Shown here piece by piece: positions 13,409 through 25,300 of a stretch of DNA of 62,862 nt (its first letter is position 1; each line of letters begins with the position of its first letter). Below the pieces are notes generated by a model. The model saw only the letters and a list, made by a program, of their open reading frames with translations. It ran no database searches and was not told the origin of the DNA. A program made the position numbers and the translations under genes. Where the stretch lies: the NCBI RefSeq assembly GCF_000315625.1, contig NW_005434596.1, forward strand, positions 1 through 62,862, in the 5' to 3' direction. The stretch is from Guillardia theta CCMP2712. Its lineage: Eukaryota > Protista > Cryptophyta.

Positions 13409-13456
13409 GAAGGGAGTACAAGGAAGGAAGGGAGTACAAGGAAGGAAGGGAGTACA
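13409..13456. repeat. 18-bp minisatellite GAAGGGAGTACAAGGAAG, ~2.6 copies
   Basis: Directly visible. Confidence 0.85.
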
Positions 13457-13617
13457 GCATACGAGGATGACTCGTACTGTACAAAGGAAGGCAGAGAGGT
13501 CAAGTAGAGGTTGATGAGACGGAGATTCTATCAGTAAGCAAAATACAAACATTCACTACGTCTAGGCATACAAAGATGATCTAAGATTGAGAGGTCGATG
13601 TTACAAACAAGTAGGGA

Positions 13618-16600
13618 TCAATGCTCCACGGTGTTCCGTTTAGCTGTCCTCTTAGAAGCATGGTAGAAATCGGCAATCGCTCTTTGTTCTCTCAAGGCTT
13701 CTTCCATGAGCTTCTTGAATTCCGATTTCTCCGCTTCCAAGTGAGATTGCTTCCTCTGAAGAGTTGCAATCACGTCCATTGAGTTTTTCTTGAATTGCTT
13801 CAAATAAAATAATTTCCAAAGATGAAATTCTTTCCAGAGCAATGGAGCCAATGTTTGCTTCAATGAAAACCTCAGATGTTGTATTTTCATCTTTTGGAAT
13901 TCACATTTCAATTCCAAGAATCCGACTGACATTCGCATATAGTCAATGTTCCACAATAGGTGAGCATTGAGTGATTCGAGATATTCGATTTCGCTGCTTT
14001 GGTCGTCGGCATGTCTGCATGTAGATGCATGCACAAGTTTGCATACAGCAAGCTGAAACTCCTTGAAAGCGAAGAACATCAGGGAATCATCGTATTCCTT
14101 CCTGCATCGCCTCGTCTCCTTTCCTACTTGAGCTGCAAACTTCCACTGCGCCAGCCACTCTCTCCATCTTTCAAAAACTTTGCCAGCGATGATGCTGTTG
14201 ATTGCTATCTGCTGTCCCCAAGTCCCGATGATGGCCGACAGAATCATACGGCGAGTCTGGCTAGTCAAACGAGATGAGATCAAGTGATACTTGGCGAGCC
14301 GCTGACACACTTCCTCCCAACCTGTGAATGCATGCTTTATCAAGCAAATCTCACGCTTCCGTAGAAATCGTGAAAGTTGACGACCCGAAAGTGACAAGTC
14401 TTGAAATCTTTTAAAACTGCGTCGAAGAAAGCAGACAGTAGGAAAACACAAACTGAACTGACTCGCAGACATCTGAGCAGAGCGAGCGAATGCTGCACAA
14501 CTCTCAAACATACCTCTCAGTGCGTGTGCTTTCAACCTTCGATCCAATCTCCGTTTGCACAAATTGAGCGATGCTTGAAGGAAAGTGCTTCTACAAGCAA
14601 CTTGTCTCCACACTGAGATGCTCGTCTCACACAGCATCGAATCCATCCTTGCCTGCATCGCCCTCGCTGCCCTCAGCCCTCCTCTCGATACCTCTACCGC
14701 CTCCCGCAAAGCCCTGATCGCCGCCCTACAGGTCCCTTGCTCTACCCGCTTCAGCTCCCGCTCCGCCAGCCTCCTCGTCCTCTCTTCCTCCCGCCACTCT
14801 GCCATCGCCCGTCTCTGTAGCCGCCTGCTCGACTGGCTGCACAGAGCTCTTCCCCGTCCCGATAGTCTCCGGCGGTATCCTGCCCAGCCTGTCCACGCGC
14901 GCAGGCAAGTGCTGGCTGTGTACTGCCGCGCTCGGCCGAGGAGCGTGTCGCGTACGCGACGGAGGCGCTTGGCAGAGAGGCTGGCCTCGGCCCAGCGCTG
15001 CAAGGTCCTCGACATACAACGAAACAAAAGAGACTTTGACATTCGAGCTTCGTAAACCCTCAGAAACGTTTGATACCGTGAAGATCGTTTCCAAAGACCA
15101 AATGTTTTGCGATACATGTATTTGATAGATTGCTGAATATTTCGTTTCACCTCCACTTTCAGATCATTCAAGTATTTTGAAAGATTTTCTTGGATTAGGC
15201 GAATCCAATGGAAGAAGCCGACCCTCATATGCTTTTTTTGCTGATTCTTCACAAAATTTTGAAATTGCTTGCGGATTCGAAGAAGATTGCTCCAAGCATT
15301 TAACATGCATTTTGAGGTATTGAAAATTCGCTTACGGCAAACAGATTCATTCCGAGACTTCATCATCTTCAAATGACCGGAGAATTGCCTTATTGTGATG
15401 AAAGATATTGTTATACAAGCTAAACGTTTTTTGGTTGTGAGCAGCGTGCACACCATGTTTGCTCGTTGTCTTCTATAACAATGGAATGCTAGGGAGTGTA
15501 ACGCTTTCCTGCAAAGATTTCTTCTTCGTTTCATATTCAGTCGAAGTCGACGAGACTCATAAAGAAACAGCCTTTTCCACGAGAATAGGATCCGATTCAA
15601 CCAATGCAACTCGATCTCCCTTATTATTCGATTCTGAAAAATTCGCTCCATTTGCACTGACCTGGAGAAACTGCACCACGCCACATACCCTTGTGTTACA
15701 GTCTTCAGGTCTCTTCTATCAACCAGAACCTGTATACTGGCAGAATTCGACTTTTTGATGTTTTTCCCTTCTTTCCAACTGTTGAGCATTCTATGTTGCA
15801 CACGAGCAATCATCAACTGCTTCAAAAATTGTGATCGTTTCTCGTTCATTCGTTCACGCAATCCATGCTCAAAAAGGGCTCTGAACACATGCTTGTAACA
15901 ACAAGTAACCTTTCGATGCTGTATTTGCTCCACTTTCTGCACATATTCGATATTTCGTTCCACAACCTCCAACCATTTTCGAAAAATAAGATATTTTCGA
16001 CTTTTCCTGTATTTTCTGAGGTGAGATTTCAATGCAATGTTCAGCTTTCTGCTTATTTTAGTAATAAATCTCCAACTATCATACCCATTGCGCAAACTTG
16101 ACCTGCTTGTAATAAACCGAAGGGAATTGTGAAAGTTATGGAGCATCTTTGTGAACGAGATGAAACATCGAAAGAATCGAGCCAAACACCAATTCTGAGA
16201 TTTCAGAGCTACTACTGACCTTGCAACTTCCACCTGCTTCAGACGAACACATTCAAACTTGAAACTGTTCCAAGCACGGAAACACAACAACGAGTTCGAG
16301 ATGCGGCTTATCACTTGTCGTTTGAGATGATGTTCAACACGTCCAGCTGGAATGCGACTCTGATCGATAAGCCGCAAAGATCGAAAGAGCTGCCAACGTT
16401 TGAAGAATGCTTTTAGCAGCTTCAATCTCTTCCAATGAAGCAACTTCAGCTCAATTTCAGCTGGAATAGAGGGAGATTGAGCCAGCTCTTCAACGTGCTC
16501 CCGAAGCCACCTCTTTCCAAGTTCTCGCGTCTGCTTGGCCCATATGACTGAAGACTGTAACTCCAGTTGGTCCTCAACGATCTCTTGCCTTTCCTGTCGC

Positions 16601-19600
16601 ACGTTCCAATGATCAAAGTCAGCCTCATCCGAACGAGTTGCACATGAATGCCAAAGGCGAAAGAAGTGAGAAACAAAATATCGATTTTCCTTGTGTCGAA
16701 TAGCGATACGTAACTCCAAAACGAAGCGGCGGATGCTGCGATCGTTCTTCGAGACCTTTGTCACGATTGCAAAGCAATGAAATGCTCTTTGCAGGTGAGA
16801 GATTTGACGAGCATTTAACATTTCAATCATCTTTGAAGATCTGATCGCCTTCTCTCGGCTTCGGTGGTTGCACATACGATCCCAACACTGGAAATATGTA
16901 CCATAATGAAGCTGCCACAAGCTTCTCATTCGAGACACCTCTAGCCATTTACGATGCATACAAGAAAAACGATTGAGAAGAGCCCATTCACGAAGCACCA
17001 AACCTGCAAACAATCTCTCCTTCGCCCTTAAACACTTATTCACAAACAGCTTCAATTGAATGTTCTGTCTGACCGATCCCTGCCATCTCCCCAGAGCCTG
17101 CCCCGCCTCCTTCCGCACCCACCGTGCCTGCATCGCCCTCGCTGCCCTCAGCCCTCCTCTCGATACCTCTACCGCCTCCCGCAAAGCCCTGATCGCCGCC
17201 CTACAGGTCCCTTGCTCTACCCGCTTCAGCTCCCGCTCCGCCAGCCTCCTCGTCCTCCCTTCCTCCCGCCACTCTGCCATCGCCCGTCTCTGTAGCCGCC
17301 TGCTCGACTGGCTGCACAGAGCTCTTCCCCGTCCCGATAGTCTCCGGCGGTATCCTGCCCAGCCTGTCCACGCGCGCAGGCAAGTGCTGGCTGTTTGCTG
17401 CCGCGCTCGGCCGAGGAGCGTGTCGCGTACGCGACGGAGGCGCTTGGCAGAGAGGCTGGCCTCGGCCCAGCGCTGCAAGGTCCTCGACATACAACGACTT
17501 GCTGATTGCTTCGCGAGGCGCAACGCCAGGCGCCCTGAGGCTCTTGTACGCCTGACAAGATACACCCACGCCTGCCATCTCCCCAGAGCCTGCCCCGCCT
17601 CCTTCCGCACCCACCGTGCCTGCATCGCCCTCGCTGCCCTCAGCCCTCCTCTCGATACCTCTACCGCCTCCCGCAAAGCCCTGATCGCCGCCCTACAGGT
17701 CCCTTGCTCTACCCGCTTCAGCTCCCGCTCCGCCAGCCTCCTCGTCCTCCCTTCCTCCCGCCACTCTGCCATCGCCCGTCTCTGTAGCCGCCTGCTCGAC
17801 TGGCTGCACAGAGCTCTTCCCCGTCCCGATAGTCTCCGGCGGTATCCTGCCCAGCCTGTCCACGCGCGCAGGCAAGTGCTGGCTGTGTACTGCCGCGCTC
17901 GGCCGAGGAGCGTGTCGCGTACGCGACGGAGGCGCTTGGCAGAGAGGCTGGCCTCGGCCCAGCGCTGGAAAGTTCGCAATTGTGTCCATCGAAGGTGAGA
18001 TTGTATCATCAGCATCAGAGCTGTTTGATTTGAAACCTTTGATCGAGACTGATTTTTCTCTATGGCCTGTTGCTGCATGAATGATTGTTTCCAGAGAGTG
18101 AAAATATTTGCCGTGGCTGTAAGTACGGAACAAGATAAGGCCAAAGCATTGGAAGTCTGTGTCTTCACAGGATATATCTGTTGAATATTCAATTGTATAT
18201 TGAAATGATTAGATCTTTGCTCGAAATTGCAAAGCTGATGCCACAAAATCCATGTTCTCAACACATTTGTTTTGATAACTCCGTCCTGTTTTGTTGCTCT
18301 TGAATGCAAATATTGCTTCAAATCATTTTTTTGGAATATCCCTTTTCGAAACGCGTGCACAACGTTTGCAACCAGCTTGTGCCGCCTCCTTGCAAGCATT
18401 TGAAATATCACCTTATTTTTATAAAAGACATTGGAGAGCAACTTGAGCCATTTTCTAAATGTTGAGATCAAACGCTTCAAATTCCATGTTTTCCTAACCT
18501 CAACAGAGGCAATTTGGTTTCCTTTCACGTTCATCCATAAACATCCAAATGTTCGTTCCAAAGAAGTCCTCATTTTATTATCCCTTATCCATGTAATATT
18601 GTACAATTTCCATTGACAAATTTGACAGTAAAGTTTCAGATATCTGACCATACGTTTCAGGAGGACTCTATAATGTGCCATCTGAATTTTGGTTTTGCAA
18701 GCTTTGAAAAACAAATCATGCCTTCTGAATTCTTTCCAGTAGAAAACGGCTTGCAGAAGGCAAATCTTTCTTTTCTGGAATCGAATACAGCAGAAAGTTT
18801 CGATTTTCATCTGAATAGCAGATCGAATAACCATTTGAGCATGGATGGCATCTTCGATGGCCCTCTCCAATGATTCAGTCTGACGTCTCCTCAAATTTCT
18901 CTCCCATGTGACAAACGAATAAAATTTCAAGAAGAAGTCGTCAATGTCCATGCATGTCTGCCATAGTTTGATTGTTTGTCTGCCTTTGCAATGGTCCACG
19001 AATGATGTGAATGCTCTCAGTGCGAGAAACTTCGAATCAACACCATGAGATCTCCTGCAAAATCTTCGATATTGGTGGAAGGATCGCCAAGTATACAGGG
19101 CACGATGTCTTGTCTTGCTCTCTCTCACTTGTTTCTTGGACCTTACAATGCTGTTACGTCCCTCTGTCCGAAACTTGAACTCCAACCAGTGATTAAAATT
19201 CAAAGACGTCAGTCGTTCAAGTCTCTGCGATAGAGTCTGTATAACAAGTAGGTAGTCTCTCACTCTCATCGAGCTATGCTCAGCGCTGAACACTCTTCCA
19301 TGCAAACCACAGATGTTGGTTGAAGGGATCTCCCTCTTGTTTGACAAGTGCAAAGTTGTGGACAAAATCTCTCCCCTATCCCAAGGACCTGATTTGAGTG
19401 CTTGGAAGCACTCGAATAATACGTGGTCGTTTTGCTTGGAATATCCGTGCATGATTGAAATCCACTTTGTGCAAATTTTGGTATATGAAGTTCTCATGGA
19501 TTTTTGCAATCCTGTCCAAGTTTGAGTCACAACGCGTGTGACATTCTTGTAGCTCTCATTTTTCTTCACATTGTAGATCCATTCGCGCAATTCTAAATTC

Positions 19601-22600
19601 CTTGTTTGACTTCGGGACAAACTCAACAGGACTGCTGTTGACTGACCGCAAATCATTCCTTCAATATTGCTTGTAACTGTCACTGTCTGAGAACCATGAC
19701 TCAATTGCTGGCATATCTGTTGTAGTTTTGCGTTTATCTTCGCTTCAGACTCATTTTCACTCAATTGTATTGCATAAAGCCTTGCTTGTTTAAAGTCAAG
19801 TATTGGGAAGAAATCTTTCGCAACAGATTCATGACTTATAGCTAATTTCTCTTGAATCCAGTCAATCAAGATAGGATATTCTGATTTGTTTCTGCCTTCA
19901 CTAGAAACCTTGATCCAGCATAAAATCCAATGCTTTGGACCCCAGAAACGATCCTGGACTATCGAAATCCATTTTTCAAAGCAACATTTCTTCGTGCTGT
20001 CCATGTGATGAAGATAAAACTTACGTGCAATCAGATGATTCATCACAAACTTGCTCCAGAGCCTCACGACATGCAACAAAGACAGCAACCGACGGAGACG
20101 CTCAGTTCTGAGAGCAAAAGCTCGTTGCCTTTTATGATCGTTCCATTTGAAAAACCACACATTGAAGCATCCTAGAACAATAGAATGCTTCTTGTTGTTT
20201 TGAAGAATCAAGAGCATATGAATAATGTTCACCGATTGTTGCTCAGGTCCTTTCAAGACAGCGACGACCTTAGAGAGCAGAGAGCGGGTAGATCTCACCT
20301 GAATGGAATGTTGCAATCTCTTATGCATTTTAAACTCCATGCACATGTTGTGCCAGCTGCCAAATGAGGTTGAGACCATCACCTGATGTTTAGATTCTAT
20401 GCTTCTGCAAAGTTCAGAGACTTTTCCACATCTGCTCACTCCTTCTTGATGAGAGATCCTGAAATATGTTCTGAAGCTAGAAAAGAAACGATTGCAATGC
20501 TTGCTCCGACCCCATCTCATGGTTCGGACAACAAGGATCCAGCAGTCAAATATGTCTTTCTTCGCTGTAATTTCTAGCCTATCAAATAGTGAAAGTATCC
20601 CTGATTTTAACCTTTGTTCAAAACAACAAAAACCTTGATTGTGCATTCTTAATCGATGCCAGCTGCTGAAGATCGATCGAGTTGACTTTTTCGCATTATC
20701 TTTGATAAAGTTGGCGATGTACTTGAGTAGATGATAGTTTCTTAATAGGGAAAATTTAGAGACAAGTTGGGAGTGACAAGATCGCTCCTGCATCAATTTT
20801 TCTTTCAAAGCGTTGATGGTTTCCCTGAAATTTGCTCGATCCCTCACTACAGTATCTTCTAGAGCGTTTTTGATCATCTGTACGTCCTTGGACTTTGCCA
20901 TATGGCAATCAAGCTTCCAAGTGAAAAATATCTTTAGCTTGTAGAATTCTTGTTCAAACTTGGACTCCCGATCGTAATGTGCATTGATTATGTCAATGGA
21001 TAGATCATTCGTTGTGAGTAATGTACTCCGCCTCGTCAAATGGCAAATTCCTTTCACAGCTCGCTCAGGCGTGAGGGACAACATTTGCGATATCAATGTT
21101 GAAAGTGAATATTTGTAATGTATTGCTCTTGCAAAGAGAATGATCGATTGCTGAAGCAGAAAACATTCATAGAAGCTGTTTTTCATCCGAGAAAAGGCGA
21201 AAACGAGTATGAGCTTGCGTAAGTGTTTGACGGCAAAGATTTCTATGCGTTTGCACAGTCCCTTCCTCAAAATCAATCTTTGCCAAAATATGAAAGCACT
21301 CTGTAGTCGTGACAAGTGGGTTTTAGAAGATTGAGCTTTCATTTCTGTTTGAAAATGGGTGGCAAACATAATATATTCTTTCCAAGCATGAAAACTAATT
21401 TTCTCCTGATAACGGAGTTTACTTTCCAGATATGCAATGTACTTCCATGCATTATTTTGACCAAGTTGTTTTGAAGCTATGCAATCCACTGACCATGCAC
21501 AGAACGCATGCTTTTTGTGCTTTAAGTTCCAAGTTATTTCTTTATCCTCAACATATCTCTTCGCTTTCATCAACTCTCGGAAAGCAGTAAAAGATCGCTG
21601 ACAAAGAAATCGTTTTCCTACAGAAAGTTGCAATTTGGTCACCATTCGAATGAACTTCTGCAGAGTCAGTGTCAAGCGCCACGATTGAAACGTTTCTGAC
21701 TTTACAGACTGCGAAAATCTAATCCGTTGAATCTTGTCTGACATGCCTGCACGTGTGCGATCAAGTTCACAAATCCACATGGATGTAATCCATTGGCGAA
21801 AGAAAGCCGATGATTTTTGCATGGATCTCCTGCGAATAAGCATCTCCTTTTTCAGATTGAAATGCAAACTTTCCAACTGCTTGACTTTATTCAACATGCT
21901 TCCAACTTTCCCTCCCAAATAAACTCTGCAAAATGAATTGAAGTATGCTGATTTCATAAAATTCACATTCTCCATGTTTAAGAATTTGTAAGAAGAAGTC
22001 AACGATTGTGATTTCCAAGTCATCAAAGCCTTTGATGCTCCGAGACGATGTTGGAGCAATTCAATTTTTGCAACAAATCTTAATGTGATTTCAGAAGAGG
22101 CATTCGCAAATCTCACCCTTTCCCGCAAACAACTCAAAATCATTCTCCGATACTGTTTGAAGCTTCTTTGTACAAGCAATGCAAGATCTGTGCAAGAATT
22201 GCAGATCATTTGCAAGTTTTTGAAAGACCTCATGATTAAGTGTACATCATGTCTCCAAATACTTTGATATTGTTTCCTTATGATAGAAAACGAAGATATC
22301 TTGCCTGTCAAAATTCCAGATCGAAGTGTGCTGTTTGTACTCACTGATTGTCTTTCCAGTGCACGTACGACTGAAAGTAAGATGTCACCTTTCCACCTGT
22401 GTTGCTGCTCTTGCAATAAGACAAATTGCAAACACATCTCTATGTCCGATTCCATGTCGATACAATCGATGTCAAAGTTGCAACATGGAAATGGAATTTT
22501 TCTCTGAATACAGAAACTCATTATCGACCGATTGAGATCAATCAAAACATTTCTCCTGATAAGCTCTTTTCCATACTTGTATTCTCGTACATCAAATCTT

Positions 22601-22800
22601 CTCAGAGTCAACCGGCAATCAATGTTCTTGCAGAATCTTTGGACATAGAGGCGCTGCAATTTGCCCTTCTTCTGGATACATTGATTCCAAGAATGCAGCA
22701 CATTACGCAACAATCGATTCTGCATCCTTGAAATTGAATTCTTCAGCAATGAATACTTCCTGTTCTGCAGCCTCCATTCTTCAAACTGTAACCTGTACAC
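13618..22800 (-). CDS. Giant basic helical protein with Sfi1-like (centrin-binding) F/LxxW repeats. Further exon(s) probably lie upstream (22781-23071).
   Basis: 3060-aa ORF with dozens of periodically spaced F/LxxW[KR] motifs in Arg/Lys-rich helices (e.g. LKAFFKRWQ, CLRAWTGW, AMAEWRE). Confidence 0.65.
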   Translation of the reverse strand: MYRLQFEEWRLQNRKYSLLKNSISRMQNRLLRNVLHSWNQCIQKKGKLQRLYVQRFCKNIDCRLTLRRFDVREYKYGKELIRRNVLIDLNRSIMSFCIQRKIPFPCCNFDIDCIDMESDIEMCLQFVLLQEQQHRWKGDILLSVVRALERQSVSTNSTLRSGILTGKISSFSIIRKQYQSIWRHDVHLIMRSFKNLQMICNSCTDLALLVQRSFKQYRRMILSCLRERVRFANASSEITLRFVAKIELLQHRLGASKALMTWKSQSLTSSYKFLNMENVNFMKSAYFNSFCRVYLGGKVGSMLNKVKQLESLHFNLKKEMLIRRRSMQKSSAFFRQWITSMWICELDRTRAGMSDKIQRIRFSQSVKSETFQSWRLTLTLQKFIRMVTKLQLSVGKRFLCQRSFTAFRELMKAKRYVEDKEITWNLKHKKHAFCAWSVDCIASKQLGQNNAWKYIAYLESKLRYQEKISFHAWKEYIMFATHFQTEMKAQSSKTHLSRLQSAFIFWQRLILRKGLCKRIEIFAVKHLRKLILVFAFSRMKNSFYECFLLQQSIILFARAIHYKYSLSTLISQMLSLTPERAVKGICHLTRRSTLLTTNDLSIDIINAHYDRESKFEQEFYKLKIFFTWKLDCHMAKSKDVQMIKNALEDTVVRDRANFRETINALKEKLMQERSCHSQLVSKFSLLRNYHLLKYIANFIKDNAKKSTRSIFSSWHRLRMHNQGFCCFEQRLKSGILSLFDRLEITAKKDIFDCWILVVRTMRWGRSKHCNRFFSSFRTYFRISHQEGVSRCGKVSELCRSIESKHQVMVSTSFGSWHNMCMEFKMHKRLQHSIQVRSTRSLLSKVVAVLKGPEQQSVNIIHMLLILQNNKKHSIVLGCFNVWFFKWNDHKRQRAFALRTERLRRLLSLLHVVRLWSKFVMNHLIARKFYLHHMDSTKKCCFEKWISIVQDRFWGPKHWILCWIKVSSEGRNKSEYPILIDWIQEKLAISHESVAKDFFPILDFKQARLYAIQLSENESEAKINAKLQQICQQLSHGSQTVTVTSNIEGMICGQSTAVLLSLSRSQTRNLELREWIYNVKKNESYKNVTRVVTQTWTGLQKSMRTSYTKICTKWISIMHGYSKQNDHVLFECFQALKSGPWDRGEILSTTLHLSNKREIPSTNICGLHGRVFSAEHSSMRVRDYLLVIQTLSQRLERLTSLNFNHWLEFKFRTEGRNSIVRSKKQVRESKTRHRALYTWRSFHQYRRFCRRSHGVDSKFLALRAFTSFVDHCKGRQTIKLWQTCMDIDDFFLKFYSFVTWERNLRRRQTESLERAIEDAIHAQMVIRSAIQMKIETFCCIRFQKRKICLLQAVFYWKEFRRHDLFFKACKTKIQMAHYRVLLKRMVRYLKLYCQICQWKLYNITWIRDNKMRTSLERTFGCLWMNVKGNQIASVEVRKTWNLKRLISTFRKWLKLLSNVFYKNKVIFQMLARRRHKLVANVVHAFRKGIFQKNDLKQYLHSRATKQDGVIKTNVLRTWILWHQLCNFEQRSNHFNIQLNIQQIYPVKTQTSNALALSCSVLTATANIFTLWKQSFMQQQAIEKNQSRSKVSNQTALMLMIQSHLRWTQLRTFQRWAEASLSAKRLRRVRDTLLGRARQYTASTCLRAWTGWAGYRRRLSGRGRALCSQSSRRLQRRAMAEWREEGRTRRLAERELKRVEQGTCRAAIRALREAVEVSRGGLRAARAMQARWVRKEAGQALGRWQAWVYLVRRTRASGRLALRLAKQSASRCMSRTLQRWAEASLSAKRLRRVRDTLLGRARQQTASTCLRAWTGWAGYRRRLSGRGRALCSQSSRRLQRRAMAEWREEGRTRRLAERELKRVEQGTCRAAIRALREAVEVSRGGLRAARAMQARWVRKEAGQALGRWQGSVRQNIQLKLFVNKCLRAKERLFAGLVLREWALLNRFSCMHRKWLEVSRMRSLWQLHYGTYFQCWDRMCNHRSREKAIRSSKMIEMLNARQISHLQRAFHCFAIVTKVSKNDRSIRRFVLELRIAIRHKENRYFVSHFFRLWHSCATRSDEADFDHWNVRQERQEIVEDQLELQSSVIWAKQTRELGKRWLREHVEELAQSPSIPAEIELKLLHWKRLKLLKAFFKRWQLFRSLRLIDQSRIPAGRVEHHLKRQVISRISNSLLCFRAWNSFKFECVRLKQVEVARSVVALKSQNWCLARFFRCFISFTKMLHNFHNSLRFITSRSSLRNGYDSWRFITKISRKLNIALKSHLRKYRKSRKYLIFRKWLEVVERNIEYVQKVEQIQHRKVTCCYKHVFRALFEHGLRERMNEKRSQFLKQLMIARVQHRMLNSWKEGKNIKKSNSASIQVLVDRRDLKTVTQGYVAWCSFSRSVQMERIFQNRIIREIELHWLNRILFSWKRLFLYESRRLRLNMKRRRNLCRKALHSLAFHCYRRQRANMVCTLLTTKKRLACITISFITIRQFSGHLKMMKSRNESVCRKRIFNTSKCMLNAWSNLLRIRKQFQNFVKNQQKKHMRVGFFHWIRLIQENLSKYLNDLKVEVKRNIQQSIKYMYRKTFGLWKRSSRYQTFLRVYEARMSKSLLFRCMSRTLQRWAEASLSAKRLRRVRDTLLGRARQYTASTCLRAWTGWAGYRRRLSGRGRALCSQSSRRLQRRAMAEWREEERTRRLAERELKRVEQGTCRAAIRALREAVEVSRGGLRAARAMQARMDSMLCETSISVWRQVACRSTFLQASLNLCKRRLDRRLKAHALRGMFESCAAFARSAQMSASQFSLCFPTVCFLRRSFKRFQDLSLSGRQLSRFLRKREICLIKHAFTGWEEVCQRLAKYHLISSRLTSQTRRMILSAIIGTWGQQIAINSIIAGKVFERWREWLAQWKFAAQVGKETRRCRKEYDDSLMFFAFKEFQLAVCKLVHASTCRHADDQSSEIEYLESLNAHLLWNIDYMRMSVGFLELKCEFQKMKIQHLRFSLKQTLAPLLWKEFHLWKLFYLKQFKKNSMDVIATLQRKQSHLEAEKSEFKKLMEEALREQRAIADFYHASKRTAKRNTVEH
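14651..17967 (-). repeat. GC-rich ~370-420-bp module present three times within the Sfi1-like ORF (14651-15022, 17079-17496, 17571-17967)
   Basis: Near-identical DNA encoding RTLQRWAEASLSAKRLRRVRDTLL...GLRAARAMQAR. Confidence 0.95.
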
Positions 22801-23876
22801 GAAAAATCGTTCTTAGTGCATCTTTGAACATTTGACAAGCTATCATTCTTACCTCAACAAATATTGGTTTGCTATGCTGACCTTTGTGAATTCGAACCAT
22901 TTGAAAAGTGAGTTCATGATCTGCAAGTTTTGAATTACACATACTTTTTGATTCGAGGAAATCGCAACTCACACGAAAAGACCTGACGGACTCTGTTGGA
23001 GAGTCTGTGTAATTCAAACTGAGCTCCATTTTCTCACTCTTGTGATACCAAATTTCAGGACAGGTTTTCATCTGCCCTCAATTCGGTATAGAGGAGGAAG
23101 GCTACATCGCCTGTCTTGTGAATGAAGTCAAGGATAAGCGTCAAGGTACATGAAGTTCATTCTCTTCCATCGATCGCATTTGAACTACTTGCTGCAAAAA
23201 TTCCACTCCACATTATAGATGCAGTACTAGCTTGTCCTCGGGTAGTCAACATGACTCCATCAGCTTTTTTAAAATCTAATCATTCCATCTATTCGATTCG
23301 CCAAATCTTGTCTTGCGCCCTTTAAAATGCTACTCTTTCGCTACCTAATCCGCCATCGAACTCGCCGCACTCTCTATCTCAAGATGCCCGCCGTTCTGCC
23401 CAAGGTGGAAACGACTACACTTCTTCTTTTCTGTATATCCTTCACGTGTGTGCAGCATTCTTCAGAGTCTCTTCCTTTCTTGTCATATTCTTGTTCAATC
23501 ACACTTCCCCCGGGCTTTTTTTCTCCCGGTTTTGCCGAAGTTCATCGTCAGCGCCAGCAGCAACGGGGACATCAGCAGCAGCAACATCAGCAGGGGATGA
23601 TAATACCATCTCAGCATCACATTCTTGCTCTCTACTCCATCGTCATTTTCTCCTTGCCTCATTCGAACGCTCTTATTACTTTCCCCGCCATTTCGCCCTG
23701 TCCACACACTACGGTACTCCGACCAGGCTGCTGCCTTTAAGAAACATTCATACTTGACCTAATCACTCGCTGCTGCCCCACTACTAACTCTCTGACTCGG
23801 GCCTACTGACATCTTTAAAAAATTATTGAGCAATTTAGTGGGCGACGGGCCCTGCGCTTGTGATTTCAAGCTCGCC

Positions 23877-25300
23877 TCACCCTTGAGTGTTGGAGACAGA
23901 ACACGGTATGCCTAATGCATTTTCGCTGCCTTGGATTGTTTTTAAAACGGGCTCGTGACCGAGGAAGGAGGAGGCCGCCCCAGGGCCATGCACGGATAAA
24001 TGGAATGCGATGAATGGGGGAGGGGCGGCCAAGACGTAAATGCTGAAGGAACTTGCGGGCATCATACGAGTTGAGCCAGCAATCAAAGTTCAGCAGACAT
24101 GTTATCATTGATGTCGTGTGTTTCACTGATTGCTTGCTTGATTGCTGAACGATTTTCATATACATCTGCCTGAGGAGAACCAGTGGTCCACATACATGGG
24201 GTTTAACGTGCGGGTGGTCGTCGTGAGCACCTGTAAGTTGATCTCTTCTCTTCCTTGATGTGGATCGTCAGATTCAAGATCGGAAGTATGCATCTCATCC
24301 GTGCTCAGCATTTCCTTCTCTCAAGCTCGATCACTTTGTTAAATAAATTGTACAATAATCTGCTGTAACTAAACGTCTCTTTCCACTCAAAAAAACTGAC
24401 TGGTAGCGTATCTCACAAAATAGATGGCCAAACAAGCATGTGGTGTCGTGTCATACAAATCACCTGAAGTCCCGGACCATTTCGCCCTCCCCTTCCAGCC
24501 CAAGGCGGCAGGGAGCGCTTCAGATCTACCGTTACAAAGAATAAATGGCCAGCACGGCAAACTGTCACAAAGAGCCATGCGCAAATCTTGGCAGCTGTCA
24601 TGATCACGAGATTGTACAACGACCTGTGCAAGTAGAATATCAGAGATTGTCATGGTCAACAGCATCGCAGGTTCTTACAGCCGCTCTTTTGAATGTCATT
24701 CTCAAACTTGTGCTCATTCCCGTTCAAATCCTGTACCATCAGTCACGACGAAGGCATCTAGGAATTCTCTGTCACCTTGTCCATAGTCGGAGGCAGCTTG
24801 GAGGTAGCTTCTATGACAAATTCAGGTATTTCCAACAATCATTCGTGAATGTACCCTGAGGAGGCTCTGGCGCAGCTTCATATGATGGTTTCTCTCTACT
24901 TGCTTGCTCCTTTCTTGTCCGTCGTTCTTCCACCTCTTCTCTCTTCTCATCTCTAGCCGTCAGCGGCGGGCCAGACTTAGCCTGCGGGCTTGAAGTGGCA
25001 TACAGGTTCTCATTCTGGGGATTGTTTTGTTGAGCAAGAGCCGTGGTGGCAGGGCTGCGCAGGCTTCCAGATGAACCTCTTTCATCCCCTGGGGTATACT
25101 TTGTCTCCCTTCGAGCTTCATACTTGCTGTTGCTTGACTTCTGCAAAACAAGCGCAGTCACATGAGCTCAATCAAATGCCGGCTGCAGCATAATCGAACA
25201 TGACAAAAGCATTCAAGGGAGAAGAGGAGCAAGAATCTTACATCGGGTTGTTCACTTCTTTCTGTCCCTTTCGCCGATCTACAAGAAAATGATCAGCAAT
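23877..25300 (-). CDS. Coding exons of unknown function, possibly the C-terminal tail of the TTBK gene
   Basis: Same-strand coding-like ORF pieces 24811-25161, 24413-24631 and 23877-24086, bounded by plausible GT/AG sites. Confidence 0.4.
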
